From the IMG/VR virus record IMGVR_UViG_3300046681_000127: DNA of 27,143 nt, one strand, 5' to 3'. Source of the DNA: an uncultured virus (IMG/VR IMGVR_UViG_3300046681_000127) (lineage: Duplodnaviria; Heunggongvirae; Uroviricota; Caudoviricetes). This document shows positions 8,443-16,294 of the stretch, piece by piece (position 1 is the first letter of the stretch; each line of letters begins with the position of its first letter). Under the pieces are notes generated by a model that had not been told where the DNA came from, did not search any database, and saw only the letters and a list, made by a program, of their open reading frames with translations. Both the position numbers and the translations under genes were made by a program.

Positions 8443-8486
8443 CGTTGTACAGTCCCCCTCAACAAATCGGCGAGGGAACAACAAAA

Positions 8487-8559
8487 CGGCCCCGCCCGGG
8501 TGCATCACCACCCAAACGGAGCCGAGGGTCCTGGCCCGGTGCATCACCACCGGGCCAGG
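8487..8559 (+). repeat. Twin hairpins sharing a 14-nt core GGTGCATCACCACC
   Basis: Direct repeat at 8499-8512 and 8538-8551, each closing a CATCAC loop. Confidence 0.85.
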
Positions 8560-8593
8560 CAGCCAGCCCACCTGCCACTAACAGGGAGCCAGC

Positions 8594-8752
8594 ATGCCGA
8601 ATGATATCGGTGCGCCCGTGACGGCGCGCACCACCCCGTTGCAGCCGAGTCCTGCGCCGGCCAGCCCCATCGTCGTCGCCTCGGGCCTTTCCGCCTCCGG
8701 CCTCGACGCCCTCAAGCGGCTTCTCGTCGCGACGGACCGGTGGTCCCAGTGA
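8594..8752 (+). CDS. 52-aa hypothetical protein (below the ORF-track cutoff)
   Basis: AGGGAG RBS, ATG, MPNDIGAPV...DRWSQ; stop overlaps the next GTG. Confidence 0.55.
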   Translation: MPNDIGAPVTARTTPLQPSPAPASPIVVASGLSASGLDALKRLLVATDRWSQ

Positions 8753-8967
8753 CCACCTTCGCCATGAGCCGCGCCGACATCGAGGCCCACGAGGCCGCCT
8801 CCTACGTCCGACCGCTCCCGAAGCGCGTCCCGGGTGAGGCCAAGAAGGCCAGCGAGGTCGAGGACGCCTACCTGGAGCGCGCGGAGCAGATCGCCGCCAA
8901 GCTCGCCACCTGGGTCGCATTCGACCGCAGCAGCTACGAGCTTGCCGCCGGTGGTGAGGAGCTGTGA
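8749..8967 (+). CDS. Hypothetical protein
   Basis: GTGA coupling at both ends, high GC3, RPLPKRVPG motif. Confidence 0.7.
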   Translation: MTTFAMSRADIEAHEAASYVRPLPKRVPGEAKKASEVEDAYLERAEQIAAKLATWVAFDRSSYELAAGGEEL

Positions 8968-9158
8968 GCCACCTTCCGTCTCCCGCCTTCGCCGCCGAGG
9001 AGCAGAACCGTGCCAACGGTCTGGCCGCGCGGATCGTGGAGATCCAGGCCACGCCCGGTCACCCGTCGGCTGGGAGTGTCGGCCACTACCAGGCCGCCTA
9101 CCAGGACGCGTCGGGGAACGCCGCCAAGCACGGCGAGCAGCCCGGGGGTGTGCGATGA
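8964..9158 (+). CDS. Hypothetical protein
   Basis: GAGGAG RBS, coupled start and stop. Confidence 0.65.
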   Translation: MSHLPSPAFAAEEQNRANGLAARIVEIQATPGHPSAGSVGHYQAAYQDASGNAAKHGEQPGGVR

Positions 9159-9367
9159 GCGAGCAGTTGACATCGAGTGACCTCTACGCCGAGTTGCGCA
9201 TCGTCCAGGACGAGGCCCGGAAGCTGCAGAACGGGCTGAACTACTTCACGGTTCCGGCTGGCGAGCGGCCTGCGCTTCGGGAGCAGCTGCTCGTGCTGCT
9301 TGAGCGGGCGGCCAGGCTCCGGGAGTCTGCGGACCGGCTCGCCGAGACCGAGGCGGGTGTGCGATGA
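9155..9367 (+). CDS. Small coiled-coil hypothetical protein
   Basis: ATGA coupling at both ends; MSEQLTSSDLYAELR... Confidence 0.65.
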   Translation: MSEQLTSSDLYAELRIVQDEARKLQNGLNYFTVPAGERPALREQLLVLLERAARLRESADRLAETEAGVR

Positions 9368-9459
9368 GCAACCTCCCGCCCGCCATCCCGCCCCTGCCGC
9401 CGAGGTTCGCGCTCGCCAGGGCGCTGCGTCGACTGGCCGCCGCCGTGCGGGGGTGGTGA
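9364..9459 (+). CDS. 31-aa basic amphipathic peptide
   Basis: ATGA coupling; MSNLPPAIPPLPPRFALARALRRLAAAVRGW fills the operon gap exactly. Confidence 0.45.
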   Translation: MSNLPPAIPPLPPRFALARALRRLAAAVRGW

Positions 9460-9590
9460 GGGTGACCACCGCATCCGATCAGGGCGCCGCCGCCCGTGCG
9501 CTGGCCGAGCAGACCCGTCAGCGACTCGCCGAGATCGCCCGCGCCCAGAAGGCCATCGAGGACGCCCGACGCGCACAGGGAGGCCAGTGA
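9456..9590 (+). CDS. Small helical hypothetical protein (start 9456 or 9462)
   Basis: GTGA coupling, high GC3. Confidence 0.55.
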   Translation: MRVTTASDQGAAARALAEQTRQRLAEIARAQKAIEDARRAQGGQ

Positions 9591-9775
9591 TGACCGACCC
9601 CCAGCCCCGTGAAGTGACCGCCTACGAGCTGACCCGCCCGGACGGATCCACCTCGATCGTGCTGCCCGGCTTCCAGAACGCCTACGACGGCCTGGACGGC
9701 CACACCGTCCGCGAAGTCCGAGGCAACACGACCGAGGACGGCACCGGCTTCCGGATCACCGGCCGCACCACCTGA
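9587..9775 (+). CDS. Hypothetical protein
   Basis: GGAGG RBS, coupled start, high GC3. Confidence 0.7.
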   Translation: MMTDPQPREVTAYELTRPDGSTSIVLPGFQNAYDGLDGHTVREVRGNTTEDGTGFRITGRTT

Positions 9776-9987
9776 GACCGCCGGGCTTGATGCGGACCAC
9801 CGCTCCGACGACCCGCCAAGCCCGGCAAGAACCGCCGGGGTTCTGGGTGGTTGACCGGCTCCCCCAGCCGAACCCAGGACCCCGGTGCACGACCCCGCCG
9901 CTGACCCAGCCCGCGGTGCTCAGCCCCCGGGGTGAGCACCAAGGAGAACGGTTCGCGACCCCGACCCGCCTCAACGAGAGGACCACC

Positions 9988-10233
9988 GTGACCACCGACA
10001 AGCCCGCCCAGGACCGTGACGACAGCATCGCCTACTGGATCTTCGCCGCGATCGCCCTGTTCTTCGCCGCCCTCCTCGGCCGCGAGATGTACCTGCACCA
10101 CCTGCCGTTCACCGTGGGCCTGTTCGCGGGACTGTCCAGCTTCACCGGCGTCTACATGGGCCTCGGCCACCTGTGGGCCGGCTGGCAGCGCGCGCAGACG
10201 ACCGTCGCCAAGGACCAGAGCACCGAGCACTGA
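9988..10233 (+). CDS. Small two-TM membrane protein (Spd-like)
   Basis: GAGAGGA RBS before GTG; two hydrophobic helices. Confidence 0.7.
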   Translation: MTTDKPAQDRDDSIAYWIFAAIALFFAALLGREMYLHHLPFTVGLFAGLSSFTGVYMGLGHLWAGWQRAQTTVAKDQSTEH

Positions 10234-10267
10234 CCCACCCCACCCCCACCGCATGAAGGAGACCGAC

Positions 10268-11431
10268 GTGACCGCCAACCAGGTGAACGGCCAGAGGGTG
10301 CCGCTTGCCATGCCCGTGTTCGGCGAAGTGTGGCCCGTCACGCCTCCCCAGCCCGACCCGCAAGCCGAAACAGACCGCGCCGAGGCCGCGGCCCTGCTCG
10401 CCAAGGCCAACGAGATGCATGAGCAGGCCCAGCGCGACGCCGACAGCATCAAGCAGAAGGCGCAGGAGGAAGCCCAGCACCACATCGAGACCGCGAAGGG
10501 CCTGCGCGCCCGCACTCTCTCCGCCGCCGACCACGAAGCCCGCCAGATCCGCGAAGCCGTCGCGGCCGAGACCGACAAGGAGAAGAAGACCGCCGCCCAA
10601 CTCGACGTGTGGGCTGCCCGTGTCGTCATCGCCGGCGCCGTCGGTCTCACCGCATCCGGCGAGTACTCCCTCGCTCTCATGGTGGGCTTCAAGCCGCTGT
10701 CGGCGTGGCTGCTGCCGCTCGTCATCGACGTGTACGTCATCCAGGCGTTCCGCCGGCACCGCGACATCCTGCAGGCGATCGGCCTCACCATCGCCGCGAA
10801 CGTCATCTATCACCTTGCCGCGGTGGGCCTGTTCGGTCTCACACCGAAGGGCAAGCCGGAGTGGTGGTTGATCGCGGTGGTGGCGTCGATCGCGTCTCTC
10901 ATCCTGTGGCGGATGCACCTCATGATCGCGCCGCCGCGAGAGCAGAAGGCGAGGCGGCGCGACCGCGTCCAGGCGCCCGCCGAGACGCCCGTTCGCGCGC
11001 CCGTAGTCGTCGAGGTTGAGCGCCCAGAAGTGAGCGCCGAACCTGAGCGCCCGGCGCTCACCGAAGCCATGGTTGAGCGCGCTCAGATCGAGCGCCCGGT
11101 GAGCGCCCAACCCGAGCGCGCTGAGCGCGCCCAGAGTGGGCGCCCGCCGAAGCCCGCGACCGAGCGCCGCGAGCGCGCTCAGAGCAAGCCCAAGAAGAGC
11201 GCCCCCAAGTCGGTCGCCGACCGACGCCGCGAGCGCGTCCGCGCCCTGTACGCCGATCTTGGCAAGCGCCCGGAGTGGACGGAGATCCGCGACGAGCTCG
11301 TCGCCGCGAAGCTCGCCGACAAGACGATCTCCCGCTCCTCGTGCCAGCGGATCCGTGACGCCATCGAAGCCGACCACCCCGAGCTCGCCGCGCTCGGCTC
11401 ACCCAACGTCCGCTCCATCACCGGAAGCTGA
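10268..11431 (+). CDS. SpdB/DUF2637-like plasmid spread membrane protein
   Basis: AAGGAG RBS; N-terminal coiled coil, four TM segments (GEYSLALMVGF..AWLLPLVID...AANVIYH), Pro/Glu/Arg repeat linker, C-terminal HTH-like region. Confidence 0.75.
   Translation: MTANQVNGQRVPLAMPVFGEVWPVTPPQPDPQAETDRAEAAALLAKANEMHEQAQRDADSIKQKAQEEAQHHIETAKGLRARTLSAADHEARQIREAVAAETDKEKKTAAQLDVWAARVVIAGAVGLTASGEYSLALMVGFKPLSAWLLPLVIDVYVIQAFRRHRDILQAIGLTIAANVIYHLAAVGLFGLTPKGKPEWWLIAVVASIASLILWRMHLMIAPPREQKARRRDRVQAPAETPVRAPVVVEVERPEVSAEPERPALTEAMVERAQIERPVSAQPERAERAQSGRPPKPATERRERAQSKPKKSAPKSVADRRRERVRALYADLGKRPEWTEIRDELVAAKLADKTISRSSCQRIRDAIEADHPELAALGSPNVRSITGS
11018..11236 (+). repeat. Cluster of 12 GAGCGC direct repeats (candidate clt)
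   Basis: Copies at 11018, 11032, 11045, 11075, 11090, 11101, 11114, 11123, 11162, 11171, 11197, 11231. Confidence 0.8.
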
Positions 11432-11440
11432 GGACCCGCC

Positions 11441-11671
11441 ATGACCGATGAGACCCAGAGGCCCTTCGTCGTCGCCGTCGATGAGGCGGCGCCGTTCCTG
11501 AGCAAGCCTCGTTCGGGGAAGACCAATGCCGCCGTGATCGTGGCGCTGCAGGATCTCCTCCTGCTCGGCCGAAAGAGCGGTGTAGCCGTGCGAATCTCCC
11601 CTCCGAATCTGGTGCGCGTCCAGTACCCGACCGTCGAGGAACTGACCTTCAGGGCGGACCGCAATGCCTGA
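11441..11671 (+). CDS. 76-aa protein resembling the Walker-B region of TraB/FtsK ATPases
   Basis: GAGGA RBS; FVVAVDEAAPFL...LGRKSGVAV...QYPTVEEL. Confidence 0.7.
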   Translation: MTDETQRPFVVAVDEAAPFLSKPRSGKTNAAVIVALQDLLLLGRKSGVAVRISPPNLVRVQYPTVEELTFRADRNA

Positions 11672-11933
11672 GCAGTCCGCTGACCTGCCGTTCTCTACCC
11701 CCGACCGCGACAAGCCGCTGTCCGTGAAGCGCGCGGAGCGGAAGGCCCGTCGCGCGCTGCGGTGGGGCCCCCGGGCTGAGGCGGCGAAGACCGCCGGCCC
11801 CGCTGAGGCGGCGGTCGTGGAGTTCGACTGGACCCGCGCGAGCTTCAAGCGCCTGTCCGGCCCGGACGCCGAACGAGCGTGGGGCGCGCTGGCGGAGGCT
11901 CTCGCGCGAGTCCGCGAGGAGCACGCACAGTGA
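11664..11933 (+). CDS. Hypothetical protein
   Basis: Overlaps the upstream stop, high GC3. Confidence 0.6.
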   Translation: MPEQSADLPFSTPDRDKPLSVKRAERKARRALRWGPRAEAAKTAGPAEAAVVEFDWTRASFKRLSGPDAERAWGALAEALARVREEHAQ

Positions 11934-11941
11934 CCGCCGCC

Positions 11942-11981
11942 GAGTAACGAGACCAGTAACAGACCGAGTAACAGCCGTAAC
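11942..11981 (+). repeat. Intergenic GTAAC direct repeats
   Basis: GTAAC at 11944, 11956, 11968, 11977 (plus one at 12043). Confidence 0.8.
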
Positions 11982-12077
11982 CAGCAGGGACTCGTGCGGC
12001 TGCGCGCACCCGCGAGTGCGCGCGCGCGAGAGTACACACACCGTAACCATCGATCAAGTCCAGACAGGGAGATCAAA

Positions 12078-12551
12078 GTGTTTGAACCAGGCGCCGTCGG
12101 CGCCGCATCCGGAGGAATGTGCCTCGGCCTGGCCGGGCTCGCATTCGCCGCCGAACGGCTGCCCGGCATCAACCGCATCACCAACAAACTCCACACCGAC
12201 CGCATGCAGGCCGTACTGCTCCTCACCGCGTCGTTCGGGATCATCTCCACCCCCGCCGGCCGCTGGTGGCACAACGCCGTCAATGCCATCAACGGCTGGA
12301 TGTCGGGCATCGCCGGCCATTGGACCGGGCTCGCATTCACCGGGGTCCTCGCCCTGCTGTGCCTGCTGTACCTCATCAACGACCTGGTGACGCGGCGCGT
12401 GGAGATGCGCACCCGGCTCCTCGCCTGCGTCGTACCGGTACTGGCCGCGTCGATCCCCGGCACGGTCGGCACCATCGTCACGTCGGCCCTCGGCTACGTC
12501 GCCAGCGCGGTCGCCTGGTGCGTGGGCCAGCTCTTCGGGATCGGGGGCTGA
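12078..12551 (+). CDS. Multi-pass membrane protein of the transfer operon
   Basis: AGGGAG RBS before GTG; 4-5 hydrophobic segments. Confidence 0.75.
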   Translation: MFEPGAVGAASGGMCLGLAGLAFAAERLPGINRITNKLHTDRMQAVLLLTASFGIISTPAGRWWHNAVNAINGWMSGIAGHWTGLAFTGVLALLCLLYLINDLVTRRVEMRTRLLACVVPVLAASIPGTVGTIVTSALGYVASAVAWCVGQLFGIGG

Positions 12552-12552
12552 C

Positions 12553-13608
12553 ATGGAACTCCTCGTCCTGGCCGCGATCGCCTACGCCGCCGCCCGCGGC
12601 ATCGAGCAGATCACCGACGACTTCAAGGCCAGCTACAAGAACAAGGTCGCCGACGCCACGGTGAAGAAGGCCGCCAAGAACACGACCACCCCCACGGCCA
12701 CCGTCGCGGGGGTCGCGCCCGGCAGCACCTTCTCGGCCAAGGAGGCGGCGCCGCGCACGGCCACGATCGGCACGAAGACCGCCGCAGCGATCGCCGCTGG
12801 CGTTCAAGCCGGCGCCACGTTCCGGAAGTCCTACCTGGAGGGCTACCGGGAGGCGTGGCCGACCGCCCGCGAAGAGGCGCAGAAACGGCAGGTCGAGAAG
12901 GCCAAGCGCAGGCAGGCCGAACACGAAGCGAGGGCTGCAGAGCGGCGCGCTGAGGCCGCCGAGAAGAAGGCTGCGGATGCCAAAACGCCGCCGCCCGCCG
13001 CGATCGTCGTGACGACGGTCCCGCCGAAGACGGAGACGACGCCCCCGAAGGCCGCCCCCGCCAAGCCCGAGGAGAAGCCGGCCAGCACCCCGGCCGCCAC
13101 CCCGCCGGCCGAGGTTCAGCCGGTTGAGCCCCAGCCCATGACCGACGTCCCGGCCAAACCCTCCCTGGTCCTCGTCAAGGACCCCAACCCCAACCCCGCC
13201 CCTGCCCCCATAGCGCCCGGAGACACCGTGACCATCCCCGAAGTCCGCACCCTCGACGGCCTCCTCCACGCCCTCCAGATCATCAACGCCGTCTCCCTGA
13301 TGCGCGCCGAGGAAGCCGCCGCGATCGCCGCCGACGACGCCCAACTCGCCGCCCAGCTCGACGCGTTCGAAGCATCGCTGGTCGACCAGGAGGTCGACAC
13401 CAAAACCCTCGCGGAGATCGGCGCGCTCCGCGAGCTCATCTCCGTGCAGGCCACCACCGCCCAGCAGTACCAGGCCGCCGCCCAGAACGCCGCCGACATG
13501 GCCTCCGGCACAGCCAGCGCCGCCCACAAATCCCACGGCGGCATCAACGAAGCCGTCCAGTCGTCCCCGATCCCCGCCGCCGCCCAGGCCGGCTACTACG
13601 AGCGCTGA
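12553..13608 (+). CDS. Transfer-associated protein: N-terminal anchor, Ala/Lys/Pro linker, C-terminal helical domain
   Basis: Long high-GC3 ORF; C-terminal 126 aa paralogous to the next gene (IPEV...EVD...HGxIxEAV...P.P.A....Y). Confidence 0.8.
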   Translation: MELLVLAAIAYAAARGIEQITDDFKASYKNKVADATVKKAAKNTTTPTATVAGVAPGSTFSAKEAAPRTATIGTKTAAAIAAGVQAGATFRKSYLEGYREAWPTAREEAQKRQVEKAKRRQAEHEARAAERRAEAAEKKAADAKTPPPAAIVVTTVPPKTETTPPKAAPAKPEEKPASTPAATPPAEVQPVEPQPMTDVPAKPSLVLVKDPNPNPAPAPIAPGDTVTIPEVRTLDGLLHALQIINAVSLMRAEEAAAIAADDAQLAAQLDAFEASLVDQEVDTKTLAEIGALRELISVQATTAQQYQAAAQNAADMASGTASAAHKSHGGINEAVQSSPIPAAAQAGYYER

Positions 13609-13618
13609 GGAGCGTCCC

Positions 13619-14011
13619 ATGCCCGTCACCGCAATCCCCGAAGTCACCAACCACAGCGCCCTCCTCGCCGCCCTCGCGATCATCCGCATGGAAGTCGAGG
13701 CCCGCCAGGAAGACGTCCGCGCCCTCGCCGCCGGCGCCCAGCAGATGGCCGCCCGCACCCGGCGCATGGGTGAGGAGCTCAAGGGCCTGGAGGTCGACAA
13801 CATCACCGTCGGCAACATCAACGCCGTCGCCGACACCATCGAAGGCCAGGCCGCCGCAGCGATCCGGTACGCCTCGCACACCGACTCGACCGTGTCGCAG
13901 GCCGAGCAGGCATCCCGCACCGCGGTCCGTAACCACGGCGCGATCGAGGAGGCCGTCAACGGCGCGCCCGTCCCGATGGCCCAGCCCGCGTTCTACACCG
14001 AACCCGCCTAA
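13619..14011 (+). CDS. Small helical transfer-associated protein
   Basis: GAGGAG RBS; paralogue of the upstream C-terminal domain; directly precedes traB. Confidence 0.8.
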   Translation: MPVTAIPEVTNHSALLAALAIIRMEVEARQEDVRALAAGAQQMAARTRRMGEELKGLEVDNITVGNINAVADTIEGQAAAAIRYASHTDSTVSQAEQASRTAVRNHGAIEEAVNGAPVPMAQPAFYTEPA

Positions 14012-14034
14012 ACCCGATCTGGAGACCTGCCGCC

Positions 14035-16008
14035 ATGCCCCGCAAGCCCGTACTGGCCGTCAAGGCCGCCACCCCGGCGAACGCCAAGAAGGCCGCCGTT
14101 GAGGAGCGGCTGCGCGCATGGCTGTCCACCAACCGTGTACGGCTCGCCCCCGTCTCCATGGCGCTGTCGATGCCCGTGGAAGGACTCGTCCTGCACGCGA
14201 TCGATGACGGCTGGAAGACGGCGGCCGCGCTCGGCCTCGGTGGCGTCGCATGGGCCGGGACGTGGGGCTGGGCAGCCGGCGCCGGCAGGTTCACCCGGGC
14301 GCTGCCTGAGGTCCGGGACCGGTGGATGGCCCTCACGGGTGCCGTCACCGGTTCCGGCCTCATCACCTCCATGGCGCTGACCGGGCCGCCCGACCTGGGT
14401 GGTAATCCGTACTGGGGTCTCATCGCCACCTGGGGCGGCGTGTACGGCACCTGGTGGTGGAAGCGCGCCGGCCGCGCCGGCGCCGCCGCCGACCTGGCCC
14501 CGCTCGCCGAAGACATCCTCATCTGGGACAAGCACGTCGCCAACCCCGGCGGCGCCCTGCCGCGCAGCGAACTCATCGAGATAGAGCCCGTACCCGGCAA
14601 CGGCTGGACCGCCATCGTCCTGGCCGAACGCGGCAAGAAAGCCATCGTCGACCCGGGGGCCATCGTCTCCGCCTACGACACCGACGCATCCCTCGTCGAC
14701 TACGAGTGGAACGTCAACCAGCCGCGCCGCGGCCGGGTCCGCGTCATGAAGCACAACCCGCTGCAGAAGGGCAGCGTCTTCACGGACCCGCACATCCTGG
14801 ACCGGGCGACCGGGCGTGCGGTCGTCGGCGCCTACACCGACGGCGACGCCACCGGCTACCAGTTCTACTACGACGGCAACGGCGGCTCCGGTGTCGTCCA
14901 CAGCTTCATCGTGGGCACCACTGGCTCCGGCAAGTCGCGGTTCCTCGACCAGCTCCTGGCCATCGAACGCCACAACGGGATCATCTCGTGGATCTGTGAC
15001 CCGCAGGGCGGCCAGTCCCTCCCCGACTGGACCGAGGCCGCCGACTGGTTCGCGCCGACCGCCGAGGACGGCTACCGGATGCTGCTGGCCGCGCAGCGCG
15101 TCGTCGAGGAGCGCTCCAACCGGTACGCGCGCATGCAGTGGACCGACGAGAAGGGCCGCACTCGCCGCGGCAAGGCTTCCTACCACCCCGACGCCCCGGG
15201 CATGGACCCGATCCTGTCGCTGACCCTCGAAGAGGCCCCTGCGCTCATGGCCATCCATGGCGCTGCGGACATCGCCGCGGACATCGGCAAGCGGGGCCGC
15301 AAGTGCGGCGTCAAGCTCCGCCTGGTTGCGCAGGTCCCCAACCTGGACGAGCTCGGCAACAAGGCCAGCCTGCGGGCGATGCTGCAGTCCGGGAACATCA
15401 TCCTGCTCCGCACCGACTCCTCCAGTGGCAGCCGTCTCGCGCTCGGCAACGCCATGGACTCCATCGACCCCAACGCCATCCCCAAGTACTGGCCCGACCG
15501 CACCCCAACTGGTGGCCTCGGCTACATCTCCGGCCCCGACGGACGCTCCGGCATGTTCCGCACCGCCTTCCTCGCCGACCCCTACGACTACGCGTCCACC
15601 GGCGAAACCGTGCACCTGGAGAAAGCCAGCCACGACGCGGCCGGCACCCACTACCTGGAGGCCGAGGCCCGCATGCAGGCGCACCTCAACGGCGAGGAAT
15701 GGACCAGCGCCGAAGCAGCCCCGGCACCCACCCAGGCACCGGTCGCGGTCACCCCCGCTGCCGCCTCGGTTGTAGCCGCAGCCACGACCGCGCCCGTCGG
15801 CACCGCGAAGAAGATCGTCGACTTCCTGTACGCCGCCGGACGGCCCGTCGCCCGCGCCACCATCGCCCACAAGCTCGGCCTCACCGGCCCCCAGGTCGGC
15901 ATGGCCCTGAAGCGTGAAAAGGACCGCCAGCCGCCAGCGGTGGTGCCCCTCGGCAATGGCGCCTGGGTCCACACCACCATCGCCCACGAGTACGCCGACG
16001 CCGCCTAG
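14035..16008 (+). CDS. traB: TraB-like FtsK/SpoIIIE conjugative DNA translocase
   Basis: N-terminal TM helices, Walker A GTTGSGKS, DPQGGQSLPDW, Walker B LTLEEA, GRKCG..L..Q, C-terminal winged helix (RATIAHKLGLTGPQVGMALKR...GAW). Confidence 0.88.
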   Translation: MPRKPVLAVKAATPANAKKAAVEERLRAWLSTNRVRLAPVSMALSMPVEGLVLHAIDDGWKTAAALGLGGVAWAGTWGWAAGAGRFTRALPEVRDRWMALTGAVTGSGLITSMALTGPPDLGGNPYWGLIATWGGVYGTWWWKRAGRAGAAADLAPLAEDILIWDKHVANPGGALPRSELIEIEPVPGNGWTAIVLAERGKKAIVDPGAIVSAYDTDASLVDYEWNVNQPRRGRVRVMKHNPLQKGSVFTDPHILDRATGRAVVGAYTDGDATGYQFYYDGNGGSGVVHSFIVGTTGSGKSRFLDQLLAIERHNGIISWICDPQGGQSLPDWTEAADWFAPTAEDGYRMLLAAQRVVEERSNRYARMQWTDEKGRTRRGKASYHPDAPGMDPILSLTLEEAPALMAIHGAADIAADIGKRGRKCGVKLRLVAQVPNLDELGNKASLRAMLQSGNIILLRTDSSSGSRLALGNAMDSIDPNAIPKYWPDRTPTGGLGYISGPDGRSGMFRTAFLADPYDYASTGETVHLEKASHDAAGTHYLEAEARMQAHLNGEEWTSAEAAPAPTQAPVAVTPAAASVVAAATTAPVGTAKKIVDFLYAAGRPVARATIAHKLGLTGPQVGMALKREKDRQPPAVVPLGNGAWVHTTIAHEYADAA

Positions 16009-16017
16009 GAGGCAGCC

Positions 16018-16281
16018 ATGCCCGCCGTACCCCCGCAGTACGAGTTCACCGCCACCACCGCGCAGGAAGCCACGACGCTGCTGGACGCCGCCGAGAAGCT
16101 GCTCCAAGCGCACCTGATGATGCTCGCGCCCGACGACAACATGGTCCGCATCGAACTACGGAAGCGGACCCGGGTCGCCATGAAAATCACCCTCGACCTC
16201 GGCAACATCGTCCGCACGATCAGCGAGGTCGAGACGCTCAACGAGCAGATGCAGTCCCCGGCCACCGACCCCGCCGAATAG
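16018..16281 (+). CDS. Hypothetical protein
   Basis: AGGAGG RBS, high GC3. Confidence 0.75.
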   Translation: MPAVPPQYEFTATTAQEATTLLDAAEKLLQAHLMMLAPDDNMVRIELRKRTRVAMKITLDLGNIVRTISEVETLNEQMQSPATDPAE

Positions 16282-16294
16282 CCAGGAGCCCGCC

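Noticed and set aside
8487..12050. Repeat clusters considered as a CRISPR array
   Set aside because: Units are 5-14 nt or only two copies, spacing is irregular, and there are no cas genes
9682..16113. Long minus-strand ORFs (374, 411, 360, 493, 701 aa)
   Set aside because: Antisense shadows of high-GC3 plus-strand genes; no RBS or motifs
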